Assembly (NCBI GenBank): GCA_025965635.1
Contig: JAOPWO010000388.1
Coordinates: 1 to 38,049 of the forward strand
Length of the DNA: 38,049 nt
Direction of reading: 5' to 3'
Source of the DNA: Modestobacter sp.
GTDB taxonomy: Bacteria > Actinomycetota > Actinomycetes > Mycobacteriales > Geodermatophilaceae
Part shown: one piece after another, positions 1 to 9,177 of the stretch
Numbering within the stretch: position 1 is the first letter of the stretch
Layout of the letters: each line of letters starts with the position of its first letter
Position numbers and translations under genes: made by a program
Notes under the pieces: generated by a model
What the model was told of the DNA's origin: nothing
The model's database searches: none
What the model saw: the letters and a program-made list of their open reading frames with translations, nothing else

Positions 1-609
1 GACGCCGGCGACCACGCGGACGGTCAGCCCGGCCGCCGTCCCCAGCAGGACGGCGGTCAGCACCCCCGCCACCGTCACGCTGTCCAGGGCCAGGGCGCAG
101 CCGATCGCGACGACGAGCGACACCGTCGCGGGCTCGGTGTAACGGCGTCCCCGCTGCAGGTCGGCGCCGACCAGGAACGCGACGGCGGCGGCGACGGGTG
201 GCAGCGCCGAGTCGTCCAGCGGGCCCAGGGGCGTCCCCGTGCTGCCGCCGTTCAGCGCCGCGCCCACCCGGAGCGCGGCGACGGCCAGCCCGAGGCCGAG
301 GCCGCAGGCCACTGCGGCGGCGACGAACGCCGCCCGCCGGGTGCGGAGCGCGTCGACCGCGACCGTGACCAGGACGGCCAGGACCGCGAGCGAGGCCACT
401 CCGTTGGCGATCGACAGCAGGGTCCGCGGCACGGTCGCGAACTGCTCCGGCAGCAGGTCGGTGGCCGCATCCACGGGGTGGGTGGCCAGCACGGCCGGGG
501 CCAGCACGAGCAGTCCGAGGAGCACGGCGACCAGGCGGGCGACGTCCGACGGCCGGCGGAGCCGACCCGCCGGACCGGTGCGCGGCTCCTGCGTGCCCCC
601 GCTGTCCAC
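1..609 (-). CDS. Integral membrane protein, 5' part (runs off left edge); possibly the actinobacterial lysylphosphatidylglycerol-synthase/flippase-like (UPF0104) family
   Basis: Not in the ORF track because it is open at the window edge. Manual translation from GTG at 609 gives VDSGGTQEPRTGPAGRLRRPSDVARLVAVLLGLLVLAP...VAFLVGADL...LTVRVVAGV, with several hydrophobic helices. The N-terminal RRPSD resembles that family. Start codon uncertain. Confidence 0.5.
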   Translation of the reverse strand, partial: MDSGGTQEPRTGPAGRLRRPSDVARLVAVLLGLLVLAPAVLATHPVDAATDLLPEQFATVPRTLLSIANGVASLAVLAVLVTVAVDALRTRRAAFVAAAVACGLGLGLAVAALRVGAALNGGSTGTPLGPLDDSALPPVAAAVAFLVGADLQRGRRYTEPATVSLVVAIGCALALDSVTVAGVLTAVLLGTAAGLTVRVVAGV

Positions 610-900
610 GGACAGCAGTATCGACGCAGCCGGCGGCAGGCCCGCGCACCGGCCGCTCCGCGGCGCGGACGGTCGGACCCGGGCGGCACGGCCGCCCTTC
701 TGCACATCATGACAAGCGCTCGCTGAGAGCCTTGGCGCTGCTGCGTTCTCGCGCCGCTGGCCACCGGAGGTGTGTCTGCGGACTCTGGCGTCACCGACCA
801 GGAGACCGGTGCACGATCGGCCGGGGAGTTCTGATCCTCACCGATGACCCGGGAACGACAGAGAGGCAGCTGCCTGCGCGCAACGTCCCGGATCCCGGCG

Positions 901-1485
901 GTGGGCACCGCCGTCCGACGTCGGTCCAGCAGGCGCCGGTCCGCGCTCGTGACCTCGGTGCTGGCCGTCGTCCTGCTCGCCGGCTGCACGGGTGGGACGA
1001 CGAGCCCAGCCACGGCGGACACCGGCAGCCCGGCCAGCACCTCCGCCGCAGCTGCCGCGTCCACCCCCGTCGAGCCAGCCGCACCTCCGCCGGCAGAGCC
1101 GGCCGACGCGGGCGCCGATGGCGAGGGCGTTGACGACGGCAGAGCCGGCGGGACGCCGGACGGCGGGACCCAGGGCCTGCCCGGGTGGCCCACCGAATCG
1201 ATCCCGGTGCACGGCGGGCAGTTCTGGGCCGCCTACGTTGCCGTCGGGGTCCCCGGCGACCCGGCGCTTCAGCAGGTCCTCGCGGAGGTGCAGGAGGTGT
1301 GGCCGGGTGCCGGCCTCGGTGAGCTGGGGTGCGACGGAGGCGCGGCAGAAGCGCTCGGGCGGAACGCGACCGACCACGCCGTGGCCGTGTACTTCCCCAC
1401 CGAGCAGCACATCACCGAGTTCCAGCGCCGCTGGAGCGGTCCCTACGTCGAGGCCGTCCAGGTGATCACGTCCTGCGGGGACTGA
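901..1485 (+). CDS. Secreted lipoprotein, hypothetical
   Basis: Within ORF 844..1485. Arg-rich N-terminus, hydrophobic stretch and lipobox VLLAG-C, then a Pro/Ala/Thr-rich linker and a globular C-terminal domain with two Cys. GTG 901 chosen as start; ATG 844 is possible. Confidence 0.65.
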   Translation: MGTAVRRRSSRRRSALVTSVLAVVLLAGCTGGTTSPATADTGSPASTSAAAAASTPVEPAAPPPAEPADAGADGEGVDDGRAGGTPDGGTQGLPGWPTESIPVHGGQFWAAYVAVGVPGDPALQQVLAEVQEVWPGAGLGELGCDGGAAEALGRNATDHAVAVYFPTEQHITEFQRRWSGPYVEAVQVITSCGD

Positions 1486-1659
1486 CGCTCCCGAGCGGGA
1501 GGCGGCCGGCAGGTGTTCCCCCGTCGGCGGGTGGCGTGGTGGTGATCAGTCGGTCACCTCCCGCACGATGGCCGCCCCGGTGTCACCGGCAGCGCAACCG
1601 GTGGACAGGCCGAGCCCGCCGCCGCGCAGCCGCAGCGTCTCGATCAGCTCGGCGATCGA

Positions 1660-2230
1660 CCGCAGTCCGGTCGGCGACTGGGGGCACCTGGTAGCCGCGT
1701 TGGAACGCGCGGTCGGTCGGCCAGCGAGGCGCTGCACCGCTCCCAGCGCAGGGCGGTGAGGTCGTCGAGTTCCTGGCGGGTGGCACCCATGTCGGCCGCG
1801 ACCGCCTCGGCGGCGGCCAGCATGCCGGCGCCTGCCCACGGATCGCGAGCGGAGCTGTCGAACACCCAGTGCGAGGTGATCGGCGCACCGCCCATCGCGC
1901 TGGGCGCCGGCCAGGACAGCGTCGGGCCGCTGGAGATCCGGTCCGTGCCGACCACCAGCTGGGTGCCGGCTCCCGCCACGACAGCTCCCGCGGCGACCGA
2001 CACAGCGGCGACGCCGGTGGCACAGGCCTGGCTCACCATGCGACCGGTCAGCCCCGGCGCGCCGAGGCGGGCGGCGAGGGTCGGGGCGCCATAGAAGATG
2101 TCGCGCTGCGGAACGGTCCAGCCGAGCACGATCCCGTCGAGGCGACCGGGGTCGATGTCCCGGTCGGCCAGGGCGCGGCAGGTGACCGCGACGGCGAGGT
2201 CCTGGCTGTCTACCTCGGCCAGACCGGATG
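1660..2230 (-). pseudogene. Thiolase (acetyl-CoA acyltransferase) family relic
   Basis: Frame reads GLAEVDSQDLAVAVTCRALADRDIDPGRLDGIVLGWTVPQRDIFYGAPTLAARLGAPGLTGRMVSQACATG (catalytic-Cys QACAT motif)...DPWAGAGMLAAAEAVAADMGATRQELDDLTALRWE. A frameshift near 1715 continues as DRAFQRGYQVP in another frame. No proper start, and the C-terminal half (GHP motif, second Cys) is absent. Confidence 0.75.
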
Positions 2231-2259
2231 TGCGGCCATGAACGGCACGAGGAGCCCGG

Positions 2260-2718
2260 TCATGGCACGACCGGTCCGGCCGGGCGAGCGGTGCGGGACA
2301 CGGCTCGGTCGCGGAGGGCCACGTTCATCGCGGCGAAGCCGGTAGCGGTGTCGCCGAGGACGCGGGGCATCAAGGGGACGAGCAGGCCGGTGAAGGTCTC
2401 GCGCTGGATGAAGCGGGTGCCGCCGTCGGGGATGGGCTCGAGGCGGAGCTCGTGCTCGCCGTCGAAGAGGCCGGGGATCCCGAGCCGTCCGCGCCAGCGG
2501 ATGAGCCGGCCGTCCTCGAACGCGAGCACGGTGGGACGGAAGGTCATCGTCCGCGTCCCGGGGCGGACGGTGAGCGTCAGGCGCTCGCCGGGAGCGAGCC
2601 GTCCGGACAGCCTGGGCATGAACGGGTTCCAGTCCTCGTACTGGTCGGTGTCGGTCAGCAGCTGCCAGACCGTGGCGGCAGGCGCCTGGATGTCGACGGT
2701 GTGCCCGATGGTCCTCAT
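2260..2718 (-). CDS. SRPBCC / polyketide cyclase-dehydrase family protein
   Basis: 152 aa with IQAPAATVWQLLTD..YEDWNPF, IRWRGRLGIPGLFDGEH and TRFIQRETFTGLLVP motifs. AGGA upstream of ATG. Confidence 0.85.
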   Translation of the reverse strand: MRTIGHTVDIQAPAATVWQLLTDTDQYEDWNPFMPRLSGRLAPGERLTLTVRPGTRTMTFRPTVLAFEDGRLIRWRGRLGIPGLFDGEHELRLEPIPDGGTRFIQRETFTGLLVPLMPRVLGDTATGFAAMNVALRDRAVSRTARPAGPVVP

Positions 2719-2770
2719 GGGCTCGGTCCTCTCAGTGCTGGCTTGCGGGGTTGGCGGTGCGGGGGGCCGG

Positions 2771-3553
2771 CTACTGGCCGGGCGTGCGTACTCGGGCCGG
2801 CGACCGCACTGGGTCCCGGTCGGTCGAGGTGAGCGCGGCCACGGCTGCGGGCTTGAAGCCCTTGAGGGTCAGGTAGACGCCGAGTGACAACTCCCACGCC
2901 GCGATCGGCAGCGCGGCGAGCGCGGCGACGGGTGCCGCCCGGTCGTAGACGCCGAAGAAGATCGCGAGGTCGGAGGCCAGCAGCAGCGGGGCCCCGATGA
3001 GCCCCAGGGTCGGCAGGATGCGCGGCACCAGCCCCGAGCGGTACATCACGTAGCCCAGGCACAGCGCGTTGAGGACCGGCGCCAGGCTCTGCGAGAGCAG
3101 GAACGTCCGGTCGTAGACCGCGAGCAGGGTGTGCCCGGCCGTGACCAGCGAGGCCGGGTCCGCACCGGCGGTGCCGGCGACGTCCTGCCGCAGGGTGACG
3201 ATCGAGAGCACGCTGACGACGCCGACGATGATCAGCGCGCCCTCCAGGACGCGGGCGCTGACGAACCCGAGGGCCGCCGTCTCGCTCTGCCGCCTGGCGA
3301 CCGGGTACAGCACGACCGCCGTGCCGATGCCCGCCAGGGCGACGACGACCTCGGACAAGGCCGCCCACTGCACGCCGGTGTCGCCACCGGCGCCCAGGAC
3401 GAAGTCGGCTCCCTGCCGCAGCGGCTCGTACAGGAACAGCGTGGGGATCGACACGAACGTGAGCAGGTACAAGATGCCGGCGGCCAGGGAGATCCGGCGC
3501 ATCGAGTCGGGCGACGGTCGGGTCACCCCGGGGGTGTGCGCGGTGATGGTCAT
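2771..3553 (-). CDS. DUF4386 family membrane protein
   Basis: Start at ATG 3553 (MTITAHTP...), preceded by GGAAGGAAG and overlapping the upstream stop (ATGA). Motifs AGILYLLTFVS, GTAVVLYP, LGFVSARVLE, YRSGLVPR, WELSLGVYL. Confidence 0.8.
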   Translation of the reverse strand: MTITAHTPGVTRPSPDSMRRISLAAGILYLLTFVSIPTLFLYEPLRQGADFVLGAGGDTGVQWAALSEVVVALAGIGTAVVLYPVARRQSETAALGFVSARVLEGALIIVGVVSVLSIVTLRQDVAGTAGADPASLVTAGHTLLAVYDRTFLLSQSLAPVLNALCLGYVMYRSGLVPRILPTLGLIGAPLLLASDLAIFFGVYDRAAPVAALAALPIAAWELSLGVYLTLKGFKPAAVAALTSTDRDPVRSPARVRTPGQ

Positions 3554-3840
3554 GGTGCTTCCTTCCGGGGCTGACAGGGCGGGCTGCTGGGGGTGTGCTG
3601 CTGGATCGACCCGATCTGCGCGACGGCGAGCAGCGGCAGGCCGAGATCGCGGACCTTGCGCAACAGGCCGTGCAGTGCCGCCTGGTCGACCGCCGGGCCG
3701 GTGAGGACAGTGCTGCCGTCGTCGGTGCGGGTGAGGCTCATCCCGTCGAACCAGGCGGCCCATCGGGGCTCGAGGCGACCTCCGAGGCGGATCTCGTAGC
3801 GGCTCGAGTGGGAAGGGCCGGCTGCGGGTTGCTCCGTCAT
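3550..3840 (-). CDS. Conserved small hypothetical protein typically found next to MalT-like LuxR regulators (possible ACT-like fold)
   Basis: MTEQP...YEIRLGGRLEPRWAAWFDGMSLTRTDDGSTVLTGPAVDQAALHGLLRKVRDLGLPLLAV. AGGGGG RBS before ATG 3840. Confidence 0.8.
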   Translation of the reverse strand: MTEQPAAGPSHSSRYEIRLGGRLEPRWAAWFDGMSLTRTDDGSTVLTGPAVDQAALHGLLRKVRDLGLPLLAVAQIGSIQQHTPSSPPCQPRKEAP

Positions 3841-3924
3841 CGCGTCCCCCTGTCCGGCGCCGGCCGACCGGCGGTCCGGCGTCCGTCGGTACGAACGCAA
3901 CCTAGGAGCGGGGGCGGTGACAGC

Positions 3925-3958
3925 GGATCACCATGTCTGGTGATCCCGTTGGTGATCC
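3925..3958. promoter_or_regulatory. Palindromic operator GGATCACCA-N4-TGGTGATCC plus an extra half-site
   Basis: Perfect 9-bp-arm inverted repeat at 3925-3946 and a third copy TGGTGATCC at 3950-3958. It lies between the MalT-like regulator and the downstream operon. Confidence 0.65.
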
Positions 3959-4027
3959 GTGACCGAGCGGTACCTGCGGCGCAGGCCCTCGACGAGCCGC
4001 AACCGAGAGCCGGGGGCCGCCCGGTGC

Positions 4028-6790
4028 CTACCGGTCGGCGATGACGGCGCGTCCGGAACGGCCGTCGCTGGTCCGCGCCAGCAGGTGGAGCTCCTCCCCC
4101 CGCCGGACCGCCGCACGGCGGTTGGTCACACCGAGCTTGGCGTAGATGTTCTTCGTGTGGGTCCGGAGGGTGTTGACCGACACGAACAGCCGGCCGGCGA
4201 TGTCCGGGCCGCCGAGGTCGCTGCCGAGAAGTCGGAGCACCTCCAGCTCGCGTGCGCTCAGCGGGACGATCGGTCCCGCACGGACGGGCGCGCTCTCCGA
4301 TGTCCCGTCCAGGGCCGCCAGGAGTCGACGGACCAGGCCCAGCGCGACGCCCTCTCCCGCGACCGCCCGCAGCAGGGAACCCATCGGTGCGCCCTCGTCG
4401 ATGAAGACCCGAACGTGGCCCTCCGGCTCGGCCAGCGCCAGCGCGCGACGCAGCGGTGGGAGTGCAGCCGGCATGTCGCCGCGCGTCTGGTGGGCGACCG
4501 CCTGCACCACCAGCACGTCGAGGACGCTGCCGGTCCTCCCACCCTCCTCCGCCGCGCGCAGCAGCCGCTCCAGCAGCTGCACCGCCCCGGACATCGAGCG
4601 CTCCCCGTCCTCGGTCGGGAACCGGGCCACGAGCGCTCGTGCCAGGGTGATGTGCTCGAACTCCCGCAGGTGGTCCAGGTCGTCCCCGACCGACAACGCC
4701 CGCTCCCGCACCCAGCCGAGTTCCTCACCCGACCTGCCCATGGCGATGCACGTCCGTGCCCTCATCGCCGCGACCGGCCGCAGGTCAGGGAGGTAGTCGC
4801 TGATGTACGCGTTGCTCGCATCGTCGAGGAAGCCGAGAGCGCCGCCGAGATCTCCTTCCGCCTGCCGCAGCCGAGCCATCGCCAGCCGCCAGCGATACCG
4901 GTTCTGTTCCAGGCCGGCGTGCTCCCCCACGTCGTCGCTCGTGGCGAGGTGCCGACGGGCGGCCTCGAGGTCCCCGCGTTCGAGCAGCACTCCGGCGATG
5001 CCCACGTGCATGTCCGCCGCTCCCCGCAGCACCGGCCCGGTCGGCGGGGTCGCCAGCTGCAGCGCCCCCGCGTAGGTGCCCATCGCCTCGCGGAGACGGC
5101 CTTGCGCGATCTGGATGTCGGCCAGGGCGATGGCGCAGCCGATCACGTCGGACAGCTGCCCGGCCTGTTCCAGATGCGCCATGCCATCGGCGTACCAGCG
5201 GCTCGCCGCGTCGAGGTCCCCCGTCGTCCAGTACCCGAGTGCCAGCAGGGCGGCCGCCGCTCCTCGCCCGACATGATCGTCGGAACCGGCGAGGTCGAGC
5301 GCCCGCCGGGCGTGCGACATGGTCCCGGTCGCATCGCCGAGGATCACGGCCCGGCCGGCGCGGTACATGGCGATCGCACTGGGCAGAGCGCGGAAACCCG
5401 CCTCGTCGGCGACGACCATCTCCCCCGATCGGCCCTGCGGCCCTTCCGCTGTCGTCGGGTCCAGCCACTGCTCGGCGTCCCGCAGTCGCTCCTCGACGCC
5501 CTCGACCTGACCGCTGACCATGAGCGACCCGACGTACCCGATGCTCAGCACGGGCCTGACCCGGACCACCTCGTCGGGAAGCGCCTCGAGCCAGCGACGC
5601 AGGGTGGCCTCCTGTCGCCCCCGGCGCAGGGCCGGGATGGCGAGCTCCACCAGGTCCGCCGCCCGCCCGAAATCCTGTCCGGTCAACGCGTGGCGGACTG
5701 CCTCGGACGGCTCGCCGTGCTGCTCGTACCAGTCGCTCGCCCGCCGGTGCAGACCAGGAACGTCGCCGGGTTGCTCGTCCAGCAGGCGCGCGTGCAGGAC
5801 GTCAGCGAAGAGATGGTGATAGCGGTACCACTGTCGGCGGTCGTCGAGCGGGACCAGGAACAGGTTCCCCCGGTCGAGGGCTTCCAGCGTGGCCTTGCCG
5901 CCGGCCCGGCCGGTCACCGCGTCGCACAGCGAGCCGCCGAGCCGGCTCAGGATGGAGGTCTCCAGCAAGAACCTGCGGACATGCTCGGGTTGACGCTGCA
6001 GGACCTCCTCGGCCAGATAGTCGACGATGTAGCGGTCGTCCCCGGCGAAGTCCGCGATGAAGCCCGCGACGTCGTCCCTGCCCCGCAGCGAGAGGGCCGC
6101 GAGTTGGAGAGCGGCGATCCACCCTTCGGTGCGTCCCTCGAGCGCCGCGATGTCCCCGGCCGCCAGGGTGAGGCCCATCACGGTGGTCAGGTACTCAGCG
6201 GCCTCGGCGGGGGTGAAACGCAGCTCGGCGGCGCGGATCTCGACGAGCTCGCCGCGACCTCGCAAGCGGGCCAAGGGCATCGCTGGATCGGCGCGGCCGG
6301 CGATCACCAGGTGGATCTGCGGGGGCAGCTGGGCCAGCAGGAAGGCCATCCCGTCCTGGACCTCGCGTGACTCGATGACGTGGTAGTCGTCGAGCACCAG
6401 CACGACGTCGTGCGGGACGGCATGGAGGTCGTTGAGCAGCGTCGTGAGGCCCGCCCCCATCGGCGACTGGGACGACTGCAGGAGAGCGAGGGCAGCTGCC
6501 CCGACCTCGGGCGCCGCTGTCTGCAGCGCTGCGACGAGGTACGTCCAGAACAGCGCCGGATCGTTGTCGCGCTCGTCGAGCGCCAGCCACGCCACCGACC
6601 GTTCGTCGACCGGATCGGTCGCCAGCCACTCCGCCAGCAGCGTCGTCTTCCCGAACCCGGCCGGGGCTGACACGAGCGTCAGCGCCGACTCCCGCGCACC
6701 GGTCAGGAGCTCGCTCAGCCTCGGACGCGCCACCAGACCGCGTCGCAGCCTGGGCACGTGGAGTTTCGTCTGGAGCAGCGGACCTGCCAT
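4028..6790 (-). CDS. MalT-like ATP-dependent LuxR-family transcriptional regulator (STAND NTPase + TPR-like + HTH)
   Basis: LLQTKLHVP N-terminus, Walker A SAPAGFGKTT, Walker B VLVLDDYH, TEGWIAALQL, YRYHHLFAD, and C-terminal LuxR HTH LSARELEVLRLL...SVNTLRTHTKNIYAKLGV. GAGGGGAGG RBS before ATG 6790. Confidence 0.93.
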   Translation of the reverse strand: MAGPLLQTKLHVPRLRRGLVARPRLSELLTGARESALTLVSAPAGFGKTTLLAEWLATDPVDERSVAWLALDERDNDPALFWTYLVAALQTAAPEVGAAALALLQSSQSPMGAGLTTLLNDLHAVPHDVVLVLDDYHVIESREVQDGMAFLLAQLPPQIHLVIAGRADPAMPLARLRGRGELVEIRAAELRFTPAEAAEYLTTVMGLTLAAGDIAALEGRTEGWIAALQLAALSLRGRDDVAGFIADFAGDDRYIVDYLAEEVLQRQPEHVRRFLLETSILSRLGGSLCDAVTGRAGGKATLEALDRGNLFLVPLDDRRQWYRYHHLFADVLHARLLDEQPGDVPGLHRRASDWYEQHGEPSEAVRHALTGQDFGRAADLVELAIPALRRGRQEATLRRWLEALPDEVVRVRPVLSIGYVGSLMVSGQVEGVEERLRDAEQWLDPTTAEGPQGRSGEMVVADEAGFRALPSAIAMYRAGRAVILGDATGTMSHARRALDLAGSDDHVGRGAAAALLALGYWTTGDLDAASRWYADGMAHLEQAGQLSDVIGCAIALADIQIAQGRLREAMGTYAGALQLATPPTGPVLRGAADMHVGIAGVLLERGDLEAARRHLATSDDVGEHAGLEQNRYRWRLAMARLRQAEGDLGGALGFLDDASNAYISDYLPDLRPVAAMRARTCIAMGRSGEELGWVRERALSVGDDLDHLREFEHITLARALVARFPTEDGERSMSGAVQLLERLLRAAEEGGRTGSVLDVLVVQAVAHQTRGDMPAALPPLRRALALAEPEGHVRVFIDEGAPMGSLLRAVAGEGVALGLVRRLLAALDGTSESAPVRAGPIVPLSARELEVLRLLGSDLGGPDIAGRLFVSVNTLRTHTKNIYAKLGVTNRRAAVRRGEELHLLARTSDGRSGRAVIADR

Positions 6791-7070
6791 GACCACCTCC
6801 CCTCAGCGCCGACACCGACCTGCGGTCGACGAGCGCCTGTTCCCGGGGGACATGACAGCGGGCTCTCGACCGGCATCGTGTCAGCACGGGCCGGCTGCTG
6901 TCGATCCACTCCACGATCGCCGCACCGGCAGCCACGCCCAGCACGCTCGACCTGGGGATCCACCGAACGCGATGAAACCGGCGGACCACGGGACCGGACG
7001 GTCCAGCAGCGGGCCCGCGGGTGCCGCCGCCGCCCACGTCGAGCGGTTCGAGCTCCTCTCCCGACACCGC

Positions 7071-7116
7071 GGACAGACAGGACCCCATGGCCGTCGACCA
7101 TGGGGTTCTGCCGTCC
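7071..7116 (-). terminator. Putative terminator hairpin downstream of the ABC permease
   Basis: CAGGACCCCATGG-ccgtcga-CCATGGGGTTCTG inverted repeat about 80 bp past the stop at 7198. No U-tract, which is common in actinobacteria. Confidence 0.45.
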
Positions 7117-7197
7117 GTCCCAGGCGCAGGTGGCCCGGGTGCCGAGTCGGGATCGCGAGGCGGTGACCCCGGCGACGCGGCCGGGACGGACCTGCCG

Positions 7198-8043
7198 TCA
7201 GTTGGTGTCCCGCCGGTACAGCAGCACCGTCCCCAGCACCAGGGCGACTGCGGCGTACCCGCTGAAGACCAGCGCGTTCCCGGGCTGGGTGAGGGCGATG
7301 GCGAGCGACCTGGGGGTCTCGAAGTCGGAGTTGTAGGCCAGCAGGTGGTTGCCGGCGGTGAAGGGCAGGAAGCGGGCGACCTCTTCGGCGAGGAAGAGCT
7401 TGAACAGGTTCTCGACGACGAACCCCCAGACGAGGAGTCCGGCGATGGCCGCCGTGGTGTTGCGGACGACCATGGCGGTCCCGAGACCCAGTACCGCCGA
7501 CAGGGTGGCGAAGAGCAGGGCCCAGCCCACGGAGGCGGGCAGTGACGACGTGTCGCCCGCACCGAGGCCGGCGAGCACCGCGCCGCCGAAGCCGGCGGCG
7601 AGTCCTGCGGCTCCGATGACCAGGCCAAGGACGGCGGCGGTCAGCGTCTTGGACACAGCGAGGACCCAGCGCGCCGGCTGCGCGGCGAGCGCGCCGGCCA
7701 GGGTGCCGTGTTGCACCTCGGAGCCGAAGAGCAGCACACCGCCGATCGCGGCCAGCATCGACGTCACGCTGGTCCAGAAGAAGCCGACCTGGGCGACGTG
7801 CTGCACCTCGTCGGTCACCAGGACCCCGACTGCCCACGAGACGAGCACGCCGCCGAGGACGGTCAGCAGGAGCAGCGCTCCGTTCACTCGGACGGTCGAG
7901 ACCTTGATCCAGTCGCTCGTGAGTGCGGCACCGACGTCCCGGGCGCGGTCGCCGGTGGAGCGCGTGGCGGGGCGGTGCCCGGAGGGCAGTGCGGTTGTCG
8001 GCCGCTGGAACGCGGTCGCAGTCGTCGTGGTCATCGTGGTCAT
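7198..8043 (-). CDS. ABC-2 type transporter permease
   Basis: 281 aa, about 6 TM helices. SDWIKVSTVR, GSEVQHGTL..ALAAQPAR..LAVSK, LGTAMVVRNT, FLPFTAG and terminal LYRRD are typical of actinobacterial ABC-2 permeases. Confidence 0.88.
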   Translation of the reverse strand: MTTMTTTTATAFQRPTTALPSGHRPATRSTGDRARDVGAALTSDWIKVSTVRVNGALLLLTVLGGVLVSWAVGVLVTDEVQHVAQVGFFWTSVTSMLAAIGGVLLFGSEVQHGTLAGALAAQPARWVLAVSKTLTAAVLGLVIGAAGLAAGFGGAVLAGLGAGDTSSLPASVGWALLFATLSAVLGLGTAMVVRNTTAAIAGLLVWGFVVENLFKLFLAEEVARFLPFTAGNHLLAYNSDFETPRSLAIALTQPGNALVFSGYAAVALVLGTVLLYRRDTN

Positions 8044-8093
8044 CGGTCTTGTCCTTCGGGGAGTGTCGAGTTGGGCGGAGGGGGCGGAACGGG

Positions 8094-8990
8094 TCAGGCG
8101 CTGGCGAACTCGGCGGAGTCCCTGGTCATGTCGAGCAGGCTGTCTTCCAGCGACCGGGACGCCTGGCTGAGCCCGAGGACCTGGATGCGACTGTCGAAGG
8201 CGATCTGCGAGACGGCCGCCCGGGTGGTTCCTCGAACGATCAGCCGTTCGGCCGACACCTCGACGACGAGGCCGTGTGCGGCCAGACGTGCGGCGAGCTC
8301 GGCCGGCTGGGAGGTCTCGATGAGGACGGCCACGTCGTCGCGGGCAGTGATCCCGGCGACCGAATCAACGGCCAGCACCTTGCCGCCTCCGACCACGACC
8401 AGGTCGTCGGCGAACATGCTGAGCTCGCCGATGAGGTGGCTGGAGACGAAGACCGTGCCACCCCGGCGGGCGAAGTCGCGGAGGTAGTCGCGCAGCCAGC
8501 GGATGCCATCGGGATCGAGACCGTTGGACGGCTCATCGAGCAGCAGCACCTCCGGGTCTCCCAGGAGCGCACCGGCCAGCGCGAGGCGCTGCCGCATGCC
8601 GAGGGAGAACTTGCCCGCCCGTTGGTCCGCGGCCGTCTGGAGGCCCACCTCGGCCAGGACCTCCTCGGCCCGGGCCGTGGGTATCCCGCTGAGGGCGGCG
8701 GTGGCCCGGAGATGGTTCCGGGCCGTGCGACCGGGGTGCATGCAGCGGGCATCGAGCACCGAGCCGACGGTCCGGGCGGGGTTCTCGAGGTCCCGGTGGT
8801 GGACGCCGGCGTAGCGGACGTCCCCGCTGCCGGGTCGGGTGAGCCCGACCATCATCCGCATGGTCGTGGATTTGCCGGCGCCGTTCGGGCCGACGAACCC
8901 CGTGACCCGGCCGCCGGCCACGTCGAAGGTCATGCCGTCGACGGCGACGCGCTTGCCGTAGTGCTTCGTGAGACCTGAAACCGTGATCAT
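8094..8990 (-). CDS. ABC transporter ATP-binding protein (exporter)
   Basis: Real start ATG 8990 (MITVSGLTKHYG) with AGGAG RBS. Walker A GPNGAGKST, signature FSLGMRQR, Walker B LLLDEP, H-loop VSSH. Confidence 0.93.
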   Translation of the reverse strand: MITVSGLTKHYGKRVAVDGMTFDVAGGRVTGFVGPNGAGKSTTMRMMVGLTRPGSGDVRYAGVHHRDLENPARTVGSVLDARCMHPGRTARNHLRATAALSGIPTARAEEVLAEVGLQTAADQRAGKFSLGMRQRLALAGALLGDPEVLLLDEPSNGLDPDGIRWLRDYLRDFARRGGTVFVSSHLIGELSMFADDLVVVGGGKVLAVDSVAGITARDDVAVLIETSQPAELAARLAAHGLVVEVSAERLIVRGTTRAAVSQIAFDSRIQVLGLSQASRSLEDSLLDMTRDSAEFASA

Positions 8991-9062
8991 GGAGGGCGCT
9001 CCTGGCCTGTCATCGCTGATGTGGATGCCGTCGAGGTTGCTCGCCGCGCACGGCGGTCGCCT

Positions 9063-9076
9063 CCGTGGAACCACGG
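9063..9076. promoter_or_regulatory. Palindrome CCGTGG-AA-CCACGG in the divergent promoter region; candidate LuxR operator
   Basis: Perfect 6-bp-arm inverted repeat between the ABC ATPase start (8990) and the regulator start (9178). Confidence 0.4.
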
Positions 9077-9177
9077 GGATCACGGACATCGGGGGCAGCG
9101 GTGGTGCCCCCGCCGTCCTGCCCGCGGCAGGTGCGACGACCGGCCATCTCGGGCTCGAGCGGAGTACGGTCCGCGGC

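Noticed and set aside
2237-2263. ATG-initiated MTGLLVPFM resembling TGLLVPLM inside the adjacent SRPBCC gene
   Set aside because: Too short to distinguish a duplication scar from chance, and the frame stops after about 17 codons.
3959-6370. 803-aa plus-strand ORF, and similar long ORFs at 10129-11901, 17483-19810, 15395-16876 and 36787-37938
   Set aside because: Antisense or alternate-frame shadows of real genes in high-GC DNA. They are Arg/Pro/Gly-rich with no family motifs. Only the short TetR-like tail of 15395-16876 is kept, as a relic.
6800-7070. 270-bp gap upstream of the MalT-like gene with short hydrophobic reading frames
   Set aside because: No recognisable motif, start or RBS. A gene or RNA cannot be supported.
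8057-8075. GGGAGTGTCGAGTT resembling an IS256-type end
   Set aside because: It lies in the 50-bp gap between two intact operon genes, with no partner repeat or transposase trace.
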